Below, in pieces: positions 1 through 11,167 of a stretch of DNA of 64,000 nucleotides. Source of the DNA: Candidatus Sumerlaeaceae bacterium (GTDB taxonomy: Bacteria; Sumerlaeota; Sumerlaeia; Sumerlaeales; Sumerlaeaceae); assembly GCA_049968255.1 (NCBI GenBank), contig JBMFRB010000001.1, positions 320,001 through 384,000 of the forward strand. Direction: 5' to 3'. The number at the start of each line of letters is the position of its first letter. Position 1 is the first letter of the stretch. Under the pieces are notes generated by a model, which saw nothing but the letters and a program-made list of their open reading frames with translations, did no database searches and was not told the origin of the DNA. Made by a program: the position numbers and the translations under genes.

Positions 1-1434
1 GCCCTCTTTGATGAGCCCCATTGCAATGCCTGCAACGGGTTCGCAGATCGGCACGCCCCCATCCATGAGAGCGAGCACGCAACTGCATACGCTGGCCATG
101 GATGAGGACCCATTGGACTCGAGAATCTCACTCACCAGACGAATGGTATAAGGAAATTGTTCACGGCTGGGGATGATGGGCTGAATGGCCCGCTGCGCGA
201 GGTGTCCATGGCCGATTTCTCGTCGGCCCGGCCCACGCACCGGACGAACTTCCCCCACACTGAAGGATGGGAAGTTGTAATGCAGGTAAAAGAACCGCTG
301 GCTCTTTTCGTCCAGGTAGTCCGTTTCTTGCGCGTCCTCGCCCGTGCCCAAAGTCAGCACGCCAAGCGATTGTGTTTGGCCACGTGTAAACAGGGCGCTG
401 CCGTGTGTGCGCGGCAAAACATCAACTTCGATGGAAATAGGGCGAATCTCATCGAGCCGCCGGCCATCGGCTCGAATGCCCGTATCAAGAATCCGCTGGC
501 GCATTGCCTTCGAGTACTCATCCTCGAAGACGCTTTTCATGATCTCCTTCGCCTCGGGATATTCTTCGGCCAGCGTGTCGAGAATTTCGTCGCGCGCTTC
601 TTCCAGAGCTTCTGCTCGCTCCTTCTTTTCGTAGATCTCAGCAATCTTCGCGAATTTCGGAAGTGAGAGCTGACGAATTTTTTCCTCGAGCGTCGGGTTG
701 CGCTCCGGCTTCTGGAATTCGATTTTCTCCTTGCCGGCTTTCGCCCGAAGTTCTTCGAGCGCCTCGCATACCCGCTGAATGGCCTGGTGGCCAAAACGCA
801 GCGCGTCGAGCATTTGCTCTTCGCTCAGCATCTGGGCGCCACTTTCGACCATTGTGATCGCGTTTGCGGTGCCAGCGACCACGAGATCTAGCTTTGATTG
901 CTCAAGCTGATCATAGGTGGGGTTCAATATGAACTGTTGACCATCGAAGCCGACGCGTACGCCGGCGAGCGCCTTCTCGAACGGGATATCCGATATGAGT
1001 AAGGCCGCAGCAGCGGCGCAAAGCCCGATGACATCGGCATTGTTTTTGTCGTCGAAGGAGAGTACGCTAACGTACACTTGCACTTCGCGGAAGAAACCGT
1101 CGGGGAAAAGCGGGCGGATGGGTCGATCAATCAGGCGCGCCCGCAAAATTTCCGGTTCGGTGGGACGCCCTTCACGTTTAAAGTAGCCACCGGGGATGCG
1201 CCCGGCCGCATAGAGCTTTTCTCGATAATCCACCGTGAGCGGGAAAAAATCTATGGGTTCTTCGCGTGGAGGGGCCATGACCACCGACGCGAGAACGACA
1301 GTTCCGCCGAGGGTTGCGACGACTGAGCCATTGGCCTGTTTGGCAAGCTTGCCCGTGCTGAGAATAAGCTGATCTGGTCCAAAGGGAACAGAGACTTCGA
1401 CAGCGGGATTTGTGCCCGCCAGTTGGTTCGACAT
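1..1434 (-). CDS. pnp: Polyribonucleotide nucleotidyltransferase (PNPase), 3' part runs off the window edge
   Basis: Manual translation from ATG at 1434: MSNQLAGTNPAVEVSVPFGPDQLILSTGKLAKQANGSVV...FFPLTVDYREKLYAAGRIPGGYFKREGRP; later RHGSALFTRG, HYNFPSFSVGE, ESNGSSSMASVC. SD GAAAGG upstream; follows rpsO. Absent from the ORF track because there is no stop in the window. Confidence 0.97.
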   Translation of the reverse strand, partial: MSNQLAGTNPAVEVSVPFGPDQLILSTGKLAKQANGSVVATLGGTVVLASVVMAPPREEPIDFFPLTVDYREKLYAAGRIPGGYFKREGRPTEPEILRARLIDRPIRPLFPDGFFREVQVYVSVLSFDDKNNADVIGLCAAAAALLISDIPFEKALAGVRVGFDGQQFILNPTYDQLEQSKLDLVVAGTANAITMVESGAQMLSEEQMLDALRFGHQAIQRVCEALEELRAKAGKEKIEFQKPERNPTLEEKIRQLSLPKFAKIAEIYEKKERAEALEEARDEILDTLAEEYPEAKEIMKSVFEDEYSKAMRQRILDTGIRADGRRLDEIRPISIEVDVLPRTHGSALFTRGQTQSLGVLTLGTGEDAQETDYLDEKSQRFFYLHYNFPSFSVGEVRPVRGPGRREIGHGHLAQRAIQPIIPSREQFPYTIRLVSEILESNGSSSMASVCSCVLALMDGGVPICEPVAGIAMGLIKEG

Positions 1435-1499
1435 AAACCTGATACCTTTCCGTCAAACAAGTGTGACGTGTTTTTTTTTGCGGGCGTCAGGCTTCTCGA

Positions 1500-1581
1500 G
1501 CGGGAGGACACTGTCGGGATTTTACGTTTCGATAGAACTCGTGTGTTTCTACCGAAGCTTAAAAGCCCGAGCGGATCCCGC
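1500..1581 (-). promoter_or_regulatory. Long irregular stem-loop in pnp leader (candidate RNase III processing site)
   Basis: Nested complementary blocks gcggga/tcccgc, tcggg/cccga, tttta/taaaa, tagaa/ttcta, lying between the rpsO terminator and the pnp start, where RNase III hairpins occur in E. coli and Streptomyces rpsO-pnp operons. Confidence 0.5.
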
Positions 1582-1644
1582 GGTTTTGGTCGGCGGGACG
1601 TTTCCCCCCGTCGTCGGCCCTCAACCACGCACTTCGTCATACAG

Positions 1645-1701
1645 CTAAAAAAGGAAAATGATGCAGCGGCAAGGAAAAGACTGCCGCTGCATCATTTTCT
1701 T
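1645..1701 (-). terminator. Intrinsic terminator after rpsO
   Basis: Perfect 18-bp inverted repeat gaaaatgatgcagcggca (1654-1671) / tgccgctgcatcattttc (1682-1699), followed on the minus strand by CTTTTTT. Confidence 0.85.
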
Positions 1702-1751
1702 GATATGGCACCCGAGGCGTAAAAAGGCCTAAGAGTTTTCTGATGCGAGAC

Positions 1752-2021
1752 TTATTTGCGCAGGCCGAGCCGTTCGATGAGCTCGCGATAACGCTCAATG
1801 TCCAGATCACGCAAGTAATTGAGCAGCCGACGACGCTGCCCGACGAGCATGAGAAGTCCCCGCCGCGAATGGTGATCCTTTTTATGGGTTTTGAAATGCT
1901 CGGTGAGATTCCTGATTCGCTCCGAGAGAATAGCGATCTGTACTTCGGGAGAACCGGTATCGCCGGGATGTCGCGCAAACTCGGTGATGATCTGCTTTTT
2001 GCGTTCAGCCGTGATGCTCAT
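1752..2021 (-). CDS. rpsO: 30S ribosomal protein S15
   Basis: 89 aa; [50 protein letters not shown]. Confidence 0.99.
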   Translation of the reverse strand: MSITAERKKQIITEFARHPGDTGSPEVQIAILSERIRNLTEHFKTHKKDHHSRRGLLMLVGQRRRLLNYLRDLDIERYRELIERLGLRK

Positions 2022-2199
2022 AAGAAATCACCCTTTCAGAGAAATTGCCCGCAGCCCAGTTGAGCGCCGGGTGAAGCGCACCACCGAGCCAAGGGTTCGC
2101 ATAACTTATACGCCATGCCGGTGCTCGGAATTCACACCCAGCGAAAGCTTCATAGCGCCGGGCGTCCTAGGAACGTCCCTTTGCCCGCACTGGCCACGC

Positions 2200-3057
2200 T
2201 CATGAGGCCACCTCGGCCAGCTGCGGCAAAATGGCGGTCAATAACTTCGTAAATTTTTCTTCTACGAGGCGCGCGTTCTCCATCACTTCCTCGTGGGTGG
2301 TAACAGCCGGGACGGTAAGAAGGTTTGAGATAAACGAGATTCCTAAGACGCGGCGCCCCATGTGATTGGTGACAAGAGTCTCCGGAACGGTGCTCATACC
2401 GACAGCATCGGCTCCGTAGATGCTGCGCAGCATCTGAACTTCCGCGCGAGTTTCGTAACTCGGGCCGAGGCCTCCAAGGTAAACGCCTTCGCGCAGCGGT
2501 ACCCCGACTCTGAGTCCGACCTGCTTAGCTTTCTCGCGAAGTTCACGCGAATAGAGCTCGCTGGCATCGGGAAATCGCGGTCCCCATTGCTCGACATTCT
2601 TGCCAATGAGAGGGTTGCAGAACATCCAATTGATGTGATCCGAGATCAACATGAGATCCCCGATTTGAAACTTTGGGTTCAGTCCGCCGGCAGCGTTGGA
2701 CACCAGCACAACTTGCACCGGAAATGCCAAGAGTAATGCGCGCAAAAGCAGGGTCGATTGCTGCGGAGAAATCCCCTCATAAAGGTGACGGCGGCCGTTC
2801 ATGACGAAAAGGGGCGTATTGCTCACCTGGCCTTGAACGAGGATTCCCGCGTGGCCTGCTACGGTCGATGCGCCAAAATGCGGGATCTCTGCATAGGGGA
2901 CCTTTTTCTCGACCGCAACGCTGCGCACAAATCCGCCAAGGCCACTGCCGGCAATAACAAGAACTTTCGGCGACGCATCGAGGCGCTCTGCGAGGAATTT
3001 CGCGGCCTCTTTGACGCGAGTGACATACTCATCGGAAACACGATCACTCTGCCGCAT
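2200..3057 (-). CDS. punA: Purine-nucleoside phosphorylase (trimeric inosine/guanosine type)
   Basis: Motifs IAGSGLG, GRRHLYEG, SNAAGGLN, SDHIN, GPRFP, GPSYET, VGMSTVPE, ISN. Confidence 0.92.
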   Translation of the reverse strand: MRQSDRVSDEYVTRVKEAAKFLAERLDASPKVLVIAGSGLGGFVRSVAVEKKVPYAEIPHFGASTVAGHAGILVQGQVSNTPLFVMNGRRHLYEGISPQQSTLLLRALLLAFPVQVVLVSNAAGGLNPKFQIGDLMLISDHINWMFCNPLIGKNVEQWGPRFPDASELYSRELREKAKQVGLRVGVPLREGVYLGGLGPSYETRAEVQMLRSIYGADAVGMSTVPETLVTNHMGRRVLGISFISNLLTVPAVTTHEEVMENARLVEEKFTKLLTAILPQLAEVAS

Positions 3058-3090
3058 ATTTGCACATCATCTCCAGCGACATTGGGGATC

Positions 3091-3567
3091 CTACTCCTCG
3101 TCCACGTCCGGAGGAATCGTGTCCGAGCAGAAGAGTTCTTTGATTCGTTTGGGGGTTTTTGCAAACATCACGGCCTTGCGAAAATTGCGGTTCTTGAGCT
3201 TAAGCACAAGCTGGGCCAGCACTTTCAGGAAGTCGCCAGCCTGCTTGTCGTTGGCCCCAATCATGACAATGATGTAGACGGGCTTCTCATCCAGCGAATC
3301 GAAATCTATGCCTTTGTGCGAACGCCCAATGGCGATCACGAAATCTTTCACACTGGGGATCTTGACGTGCGGCAACGCAACCTCGATGCCGACGCCCGTG
3401 GAAATCACTTTTTCGCGTTCAAAAATCGCTTTGAGAAGCTCCTCCTTATCCGTGACGAGCGGGGACGTTGCGAGGACGTCCACAAGTTCCCGCAAAGCTT
3501 CTTCCTTTGTCGTGGCTTTCAGGTCCACAATGCGTGACTCGTCAATCATCTTTGAGAAATCAATCAT
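3091..3567 (-). CDS. PTS IIA component (Ntr/fructose-type EIIA)
   Basis: IFEREKVISTGVGIEVALPHVK (phospho-His) and GIDFDSLDEKPVYII; 158 aa. Confidence 0.9.
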   Translation of the reverse strand: MIDFSKMIDESRIVDLKATTKEEALRELVDVLATSPLVTDKEELLKAIFEREKVISTGVGIEVALPHVKIPSVKDFVIAIGRSHKGIDFDSLDEKPVYIIVMIGANDKQAGDFLKVLAQLVLKLKNRNFRKAVMFAKTPKRIKELFCSDTIPPDVDEE

Positions 3568-3749
3568 TTGAGTCTTTTCCTTTGACGTATTGCCGGAAGG
3601 CCGGCGTCAAAAAACGCAATCATTCGCCTGCGACACACCGCGCGCTTTCACGGGGCCATCAACGCGCGATGGTGTCACGAGAAAAGTCGAGACGAGCTTT
3701 GGCGGAGTCAAGCGAGGAGCAGGACGCTGTGCCGCACCGCCTTCATTGC

Positions 3750-6458
<2,709 letters not shown>

Positions 6459-6622
6459 TTATTGGCCGTGCTTGCCATGCTCAGAGTCGCCGTTTTCCTT
6501 TGGGCAAACTCTGCACCCAGCGCACAGCTCGGCGTTTTGCCATGTTTCCGAGAAAACCCCGCGCCTCACGAGGATGCTCACGTTTTTCGCGTTCGCCTCG
6601 TCACTAAGCACGGCTCCGGAAG

Positions 6623-7363
6623 TTAGGATGGCGAGGGCGGCACGGCAGGAATATCATCGGCCTGCTCAGCGGTGTCATCCACTTTGAGGCGTCCCGTCCG
6701 CCGCAGCCACTCGTAGCGCATCAGCTCGCGGATATGGTACCACGTCGTGCGCAACTTGCCATAGCGGATCCACGTCCGCGCACTTGTCTCCACCACTTGC
6801 GGAAGAATCACAAACTTGCCCCGTTCGCGCAGGCGCAGTACAAGATCCACATCTTCGCAAAAACCGAGTTCGCGAAATCCACCAAGATCATAAAAGACTT
6901 GCGTACGGACAAAAATGCCTTGGTCGCCATAGACACGTTGAACGGTAAGAGAACGTAGGTTCACTGCCCACGTGATAAAACGATAGAAAAGGTCATTACC
7001 GCGTAGACGGAAACGAAAAGCCCCGCCAACGACTTCGGGATCGTTGAGTGCGTGGAGCAGCGCCTCGATTGTGTGGGCATCGGGTAGGGTCGAGTCCGCA
7101 TGCAAAAACCACAGTGCCGGTGCCGCTGCATGCTGCGCCCCAAAGTTCATTTGCCGCGCGCGGCCTGGCTGACTGGTAAGAACCTGAACAAACGGAAATG
7201 CCGAGGCGACTCCTGTCGTATTGTCGTCGCTCATTCCATCAACGACAATCACCTGACACCGCGATAGCATTGTTTGACGAGCAAGTGAGCGCAACACACT
7301 GCTCACTGTATGCTCTTCGTTGCGGACCGGAATGACAATGGCCAAGTCGTAGCGGTGCGGCAC
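6623..7363 (-). CDS. Family 2 glycosyltransferase (TIGR04283-like)
   Basis: IVIPVRNEE, VVDGMSDD, GRARQMNFGA, LWFLHADS, YGDQGIFV, EDVDL, TSARTW. Confidence 0.85.
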   Translation of the reverse strand: MPHRYDLAIVIPVRNEEHTVSSVLRSLARQTMLSRCQVIVVDGMSDDNTTGVASAFPFVQVLTSQPGRARQMNFGAQHAAAPALWFLHADSTLPDAHTIEALLHALNDPEVVGGAFRFRLRGNDLFYRFITWAVNLRSLTVQRVYGDQGIFVRTQVFYDLGGFRELGFCEDVDLVLRLRERGKFVILPQVVETSARTWIRYGKLRTTWYHIRELMRYEWLRRTGRLKVDDTAEQADDIPAVPPSPS

Positions 7364-7651
7364 GCTGATAACGTCTCCTTTTCGCGATTTTTCTTCGTCG
7401 TGAATCTTTTATCCTCACTTATAACTATATTCCCAGTTTCTGCCGGCAACGAGTGCAAGCAAACAAGTTCACCTAACGGTGACCTTAGAAAGCAGACTAA
7501 TCGGGGAGTCACCAGAGCTCCTATTTGGTCGTTTGAAAGATTTTGGGCTATCGCCGTAGTCCTTGCTCCACTGTCGGTGAGCAAGTTCAATTGGTCACCA
7601 TGCTTTTCTACCCCTGCCCGAACATTTCCCCCAAAAAAAGCAGTTCGCTGG

Positions 7652-7682
7652 TTGATAGTAGTACTTGTGTTGTCCTATATAA
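7652..7682 (+). promoter_or_regulatory. Possible sigma70-type promoter for the Cys-rich protein gene
   Basis: TTGATA (7652-7657), 18-nt spacer, TATATA (7676-7681) in an AT-rich intergenic region; imperfect match. Confidence 0.35.
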
Positions 7683-7764
7683 GGATGGAGTTGTAAATGG
7701 CTATTTTCTTACCGGGAGGTGGTCATCACTAAGAGAATTTAGCCGCCTGTGGTCGAATTCCGCG

Positions 7765-7835
7765 CGTAGAGGTGGCAGTTCGCGAACCTGACGGCAAGTC
7801 CAGGACGGAATATCAGCCGTGAAGTTCGCTCTACG
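7765..7835 (+). promoter_or_regulatory. Candidate structured cis-regulatory RNA (multi-stem junction) in 5' leader
   Basis: cgtaga/tctacg and gcgaac/gttcgc close a junction holding hairpins cctgac-ggcaa-gt(c)cagg and acgg-aatatcag-ccgt; ends 55 nt upstream of ATG 7891. Confidence 0.45.
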
Positions 7836-7890
7836 AAAAAACTTCGGGGCACTGAGAGCCCCACATAACCATCAGCTATGGAGGAGCATC

Positions 7891-10308
7891 ATGCAAGCGC
7901 ATCTCGCACGGCTTTTGGCCGTGATCAGCCTTCTGGTGGCACCGCTTATTGGCAAGGCACAGGAGAGACTGCCCGAGCCACCACCGCCGCCGGACGTTCC
8001 TGGAGGGCGAATCATCGTCGCGATCCCACCGCAATGTCTTCAAGGGACCGTGATAAAAATTATCGATCCAGCCACGAATGCTGTGGTCGCTACATTGACT
8101 CCCACGGGCACAACCGGGATTTTTGACAGTGGTTGCACGCTCCCGTGTCCAAAGAAATACATCGTGCGCCCCGAAAATCCCAATTGCACGTTCACGCCGG
8201 CCCAAAAAACGGTGGCGGTTCGGTGTTGTCCAAAAGTTACCAAAGTAAAATTCAGTTGTGACTGTGCGGATCAGGGCGGGCGAATTGTCGTGAAAGTGCC
8301 ACAGAACTGTTTGCAGGGCACGACAGTGCACGTCATGGACCTGAGCGGGAATCCCGTGGTGAGTGGCGCACCCGATGCGAATGGGCTTTTCGACACCGGA
8401 TGCAAACTAAAGTGCCCCACGAGCTACGTAGTGAAAGTGAGCAATCCGAATTGCACCTTCATTCCATCGTCGAAGATTGTGCAGGTCTCATGTTGCCCCA
8501 AAGTGTCCACTGCGGTATTTGACTGCAACTGTCCGCCGGCTCGGGGACGCATCGTGGCTAGTGTAGGAGGCAATTGTCCGCCTGGCACAACTATTGAAGT
8601 CTTCGACAATGGAACGCTTGTGGCTTCTGGGCAAGTCAATGCCCAAGGCGTCTACGACACTGGTTGCACGCTGCCCTGTGGGAAGACCTATACTGTGGAA
8701 GCGAAAAACCCACAATGCTCGGTGACACCCAGTCCTCAACAGGTTTACGTGCCATGCTGCCCGGACCTTGCGACAGTCCGTTTTAGCTGTGATTGTCCAC
8801 CGCCGCCGCAAGCTGGTCGCATTGTCGTGCATCTACCTGCAAACTGCACATCGGGGACAGTTGTTTCGGTTCTTGACCCGAGTGGCCAGGTGGTGGCCAG
8901 TGGCTCGCCGACACTCGTGCAAATCCCCACCGGCAATATCGTTGGAGAATACGACACGAGCTGCACGCTGGTATGCGGGCAGACCTACACGGTGACTGCC
9001 ACAAATCCCACATGCACCATTTACCCAGTCGGGGGCGTGCAGGCGACCGCGAACTGCTGCCCCAATGCTACGGTCGTGACCCTTGATTGCAACTGTCCAC
9101 CACCGCCAGTTGACCATGGCCGTATTGTGGTCACAGTCAATGGACCGTGTGGAGCTGGGGCAAACGTGACCATTAGCGATCCGACAGGCAACCCTGTCAT
9201 GAGTGGCACAACCGACAATCAAGGTGTCTATGACACCGGTTGCCAACTCAACTGCCCAGGGACTTACGTGGTGACGGTTTACGCACAAGGTCAGATTATT
9301 GGCTCGCAGCAAGTGAGCGTCGGTTGCTGCCCTGATGTCACAAACATCACTATTGATTGCCCGCAGCAGTCGAACTGCTACCAGCCGCCGACGGGAATGG
9401 TCGCTTGGTATCCATTGGATGAACCACAAGGCGCCTTGTCCTACGTGGATATTGCAGGACAAGTCCAAAATAGTGGGTTGGCGGGCGGCAATCCTGGGCC
9501 ACAGGCAGTCACCGGCATGGTGGGTGGAGCTCAATACTTCTACGGCAGCGCTGCCACCTATATTGATGTTCCTCCTCATCCGGAACTGGACTTTGGCACC
9601 GGGAGTTTCTCGATTGATGCGTGGGTAAATGTGGTGCAGTGCTCACCGAGCCACTTGTACCCCATCGTTGAGAAGTATGATGTTTCGACGCAGACGGGGT
9701 ATTCTTTCTTCATCGTTGGCAACCAGCTCAACTTGACGATCAACGGCACAGTGTTTAGCTCGAACACCATCGCTATACCGTTTGGAACGTGGCACCACGT
9801 GGCTGTGACCGTGAATCGTCCTGTTGGCGGTCCCGCGGTTGGCACTTTCTGGCTCGATGGCACTTCCGTGGGAACGTTCACGCCACCCTCGGCTTCTGTG
9901 AACACTGCCGCAGCAATGTGGATTGGCAGAAACTACCTTGTGGATTCCCAGCAGTCGCCTTATTGCGAGATTGCTATTGACGAGCTTGAGCTGTTCAATA
10001 TTGCGCTGGACCAATCAGCCATTGCCGGGATTTACAATGCTGGCAGCGCCGGAAAATGTAAGCCAAGCCTGGGGCGTCTCCTGGGAAGTAGTTCACCGGG
10101 ATTTGTAACGGTGATGTTCAAAGTTGAGGATTCTGCCGGGAATACGGTCTTCCTTGGTGGTCCTGGTGGCATCGATACAGGATGCACACTCTTCTGCGGG
10201 GCTACCTACACGGTTAAGGCATGGGATCAATCCACCGGTACTGTTTTCACGCCCAAACAGGTGACGGTGCCTTGTTGTCCGCAGCAGGCCTCCGTGTTCT
10301 TCCCCTGA
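7891..10308 (+). CDS. Secreted Cys-rich repeat protein with LamG-like (concanavalin-like) domain
   Basis: SD GGAGGA and ATG 7891; signal peptide MQAHLARLLAVISLLVAPLIGKA-Q; five tandem ~90-aa repeats (GRI.V...C..GT...D..G...DTGC.L.C...Y.V...NP.C...CCP...F.C.C); LamG-like domain (VAWYPLDE, FSIDAWV, WHHVAVT, IDELELFNIAL); sixth reduced repeat at the C-terminus. Confidence 0.9.
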   Translation: MQAHLARLLAVISLLVAPLIGKAQERLPEPPPPPDVPGGRIIVAIPPQCLQGTVIKIIDPATNAVVATLTPTGTTGIFDSGCTLPCPKKYIVRPENPNCTFTPAQKTVAVRCCPKVTKVKFSCDCADQGGRIVVKVPQNCLQGTTVHVMDLSGNPVVSGAPDANGLFDTGCKLKCPTSYVVKVSNPNCTFIPSSKIVQVSCCPKVSTAVFDCNCPPARGRIVASVGGNCPPGTTIEVFDNGTLVASGQVNAQGVYDTGCTLPCGKTYTVEAKNPQCSVTPSPQQVYVPCCPDLATVRFSCDCPPPPQAGRIVVHLPANCTSGTVVSVLDPSGQVVASGSPTLVQIPTGNIVGEYDTSCTLVCGQTYTVTATNPTCTIYPVGGVQATANCCPNATVVTLDCNCPPPPVDHGRIVVTVNGPCGAGANVTISDPTGNPVMSGTTDNQGVYDTGCQLNCPGTYVVTVYAQGQIIGSQQVSVGCCPDVTNITIDCPQQSNCYQPPTGMVAWYPLDEPQGALSYVDIAGQVQNSGLAGGNPGPQAVTGMVGGAQYFYGSAATYIDVPPHPELDFGTGSFSIDAWVNVVQCSPSHLYPIVEKYDVSTQTGYSFFIVGNQLNLTINGTVFSSNTIAIPFGTWHHVAVTVNRPVGGPAVGTFWLDGTSVGTFTPPSASVNTAAAMWIGRNYLVDSQQSPYCEIAIDELELFNIALDQSAIAGIYNAGSAGKCKPSLGRLLGSSSPGFVTVMFKVEDSAGNTVFLGGPGGIDTGCTLFCGATYTVKAWDQSTGTVFTPKQVTVPCCPQQASVFFP
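8005..9363 (+). repeat. Five tandem ~270-bp protein-level repeats (units start near 8005, 8278, 8545, 8815, 9118)
   Basis: Recurring GRIVV, (F/Y)D(T/S)(G/S)C, CCP and CxC motifs; DNA is diverged, so the duplication is old. Confidence 0.9.
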
Positions 10309-10331
10309 TGCAGGCACCAGCTTCGCGCGAC

Positions 10332-10368
10332 GGCGATGTGGTGGGCCACCCACCGCATCGCCTTTTTT
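10332..10368 (+). terminator. Intrinsic terminator after the Cys-rich protein gene
   Basis: 14-bp stem ggcgatgtggtggg / cccaccgcatcgcc (one G-U) followed by TTTTTT. Confidence 0.9.
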
Positions 10369-10543
10369 ATTGATCCGCATCAGAGCCATAAGGTTCCCCG
10401 ATCGAGCTCCGATTCCAAGGCTCAGCAAACTATTCGATTAGCCTTGCCGAGGAGCGCCCGATTTTGTTACGAGCTCGTGTGGGGTTCAGTGTCGGACTTA
10501 ACGAATCTTGCGCGCCCATGTGGGGTGGAAAGGAGTCCTAGAG

Positions 10544-11017
10544 ATGAGTATCGCACATCGCCTCAAGCAACTTCTCGACTCTTCAAATGTTGGCTACAAA
10601 GTGGAGGTGCATCCGCCTGCCTTTACCGCAGAGGAGGTGGCAGAAGCGGCACATGTTTCTGGCTACGAGGTGGCCAAAGTGGTGATTGTCGTGGCAGATG
10701 GGGAACATGTGATGGTGGCCTTGCCAGCAAATCACCGCATAGATCTGAACGCCTTGCGTGAAGCGCTCGGCGCAAACGAAGTGCGGCTGGCACGTGAAAG
10801 CGAGTTTGCAGCAGAGTTCCCCGACTGCGAGATCGGGGCGATGCCGCCTTTTGGCTCGCTTTATGGTCTCAAGCTGCTGGCTAGCGAAGCGCTGCAGCAG
10901 GATGAAAAGATTTTCTTCAATGCGGGAACACACCGCGAAGTCCTCCGCATGGAGCGGGATGATTGGGAGCGCATCGCCCAGCCACAGTGGGGGCAGTTTA
11001 GTCGAGTGGCTCCTTAG
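10544..11017 (+). CDS. YbaK/ProXp (INS superfamily) aminoacyl-tRNA deacylase-like protein
   Basis: SD AAGGAG and ATG 10544; HPPAFTAEEVA, VAKVVIV (conserved Lys), RLARESE, FPDCEIGAMPPFG (GxxxP loop), FNAGTH. Confidence 0.88.
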   Translation: MSIAHRLKQLLDSSNVGYKVEVHPPAFTAEEVAEAAHVSGYEVAKVVIVVADGEHVMVALPANHRIDLNALREALGANEVRLARESEFAAEFPDCEIGAMPPFGSLYGLKLLASEALQQDEKIFFNAGTHREVLRMERDDWERIAQPQWGQFSRVAP

Positions 11018-11167
11018 CGCGACACGGTCACAGGTGGTGGCAGACGGTTTTCGGTGCGCCCCCAGTCACCTAGCGCCAGCGTTCAGGGCGGGTGTTACTA
11101 AGAACGACGAAGCTGATCCACCACCGCACGGCGGTAGTTGCAAGCGTACGGGCTATGTCCTGAGCGC

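Noticed and set aside
7786-7812. Hammerhead ribozyme (ctgacgg...gtccaggacggaa)
   Set aside because: The CUGANGA and GAAA core is not met, and gtcc/ggac would need a 1-nt loop.
7765-7835. Lysine riboswitch (gtagaggtg start)
   Set aside because: Far too short and lacks the later conserved blocks; the downstream gene is unrelated.
11129-11142. ops/JUMPstart element (ggcggtag)
   Set aside because: Incomplete consensus and located between convergent genes, not in an operon leader.
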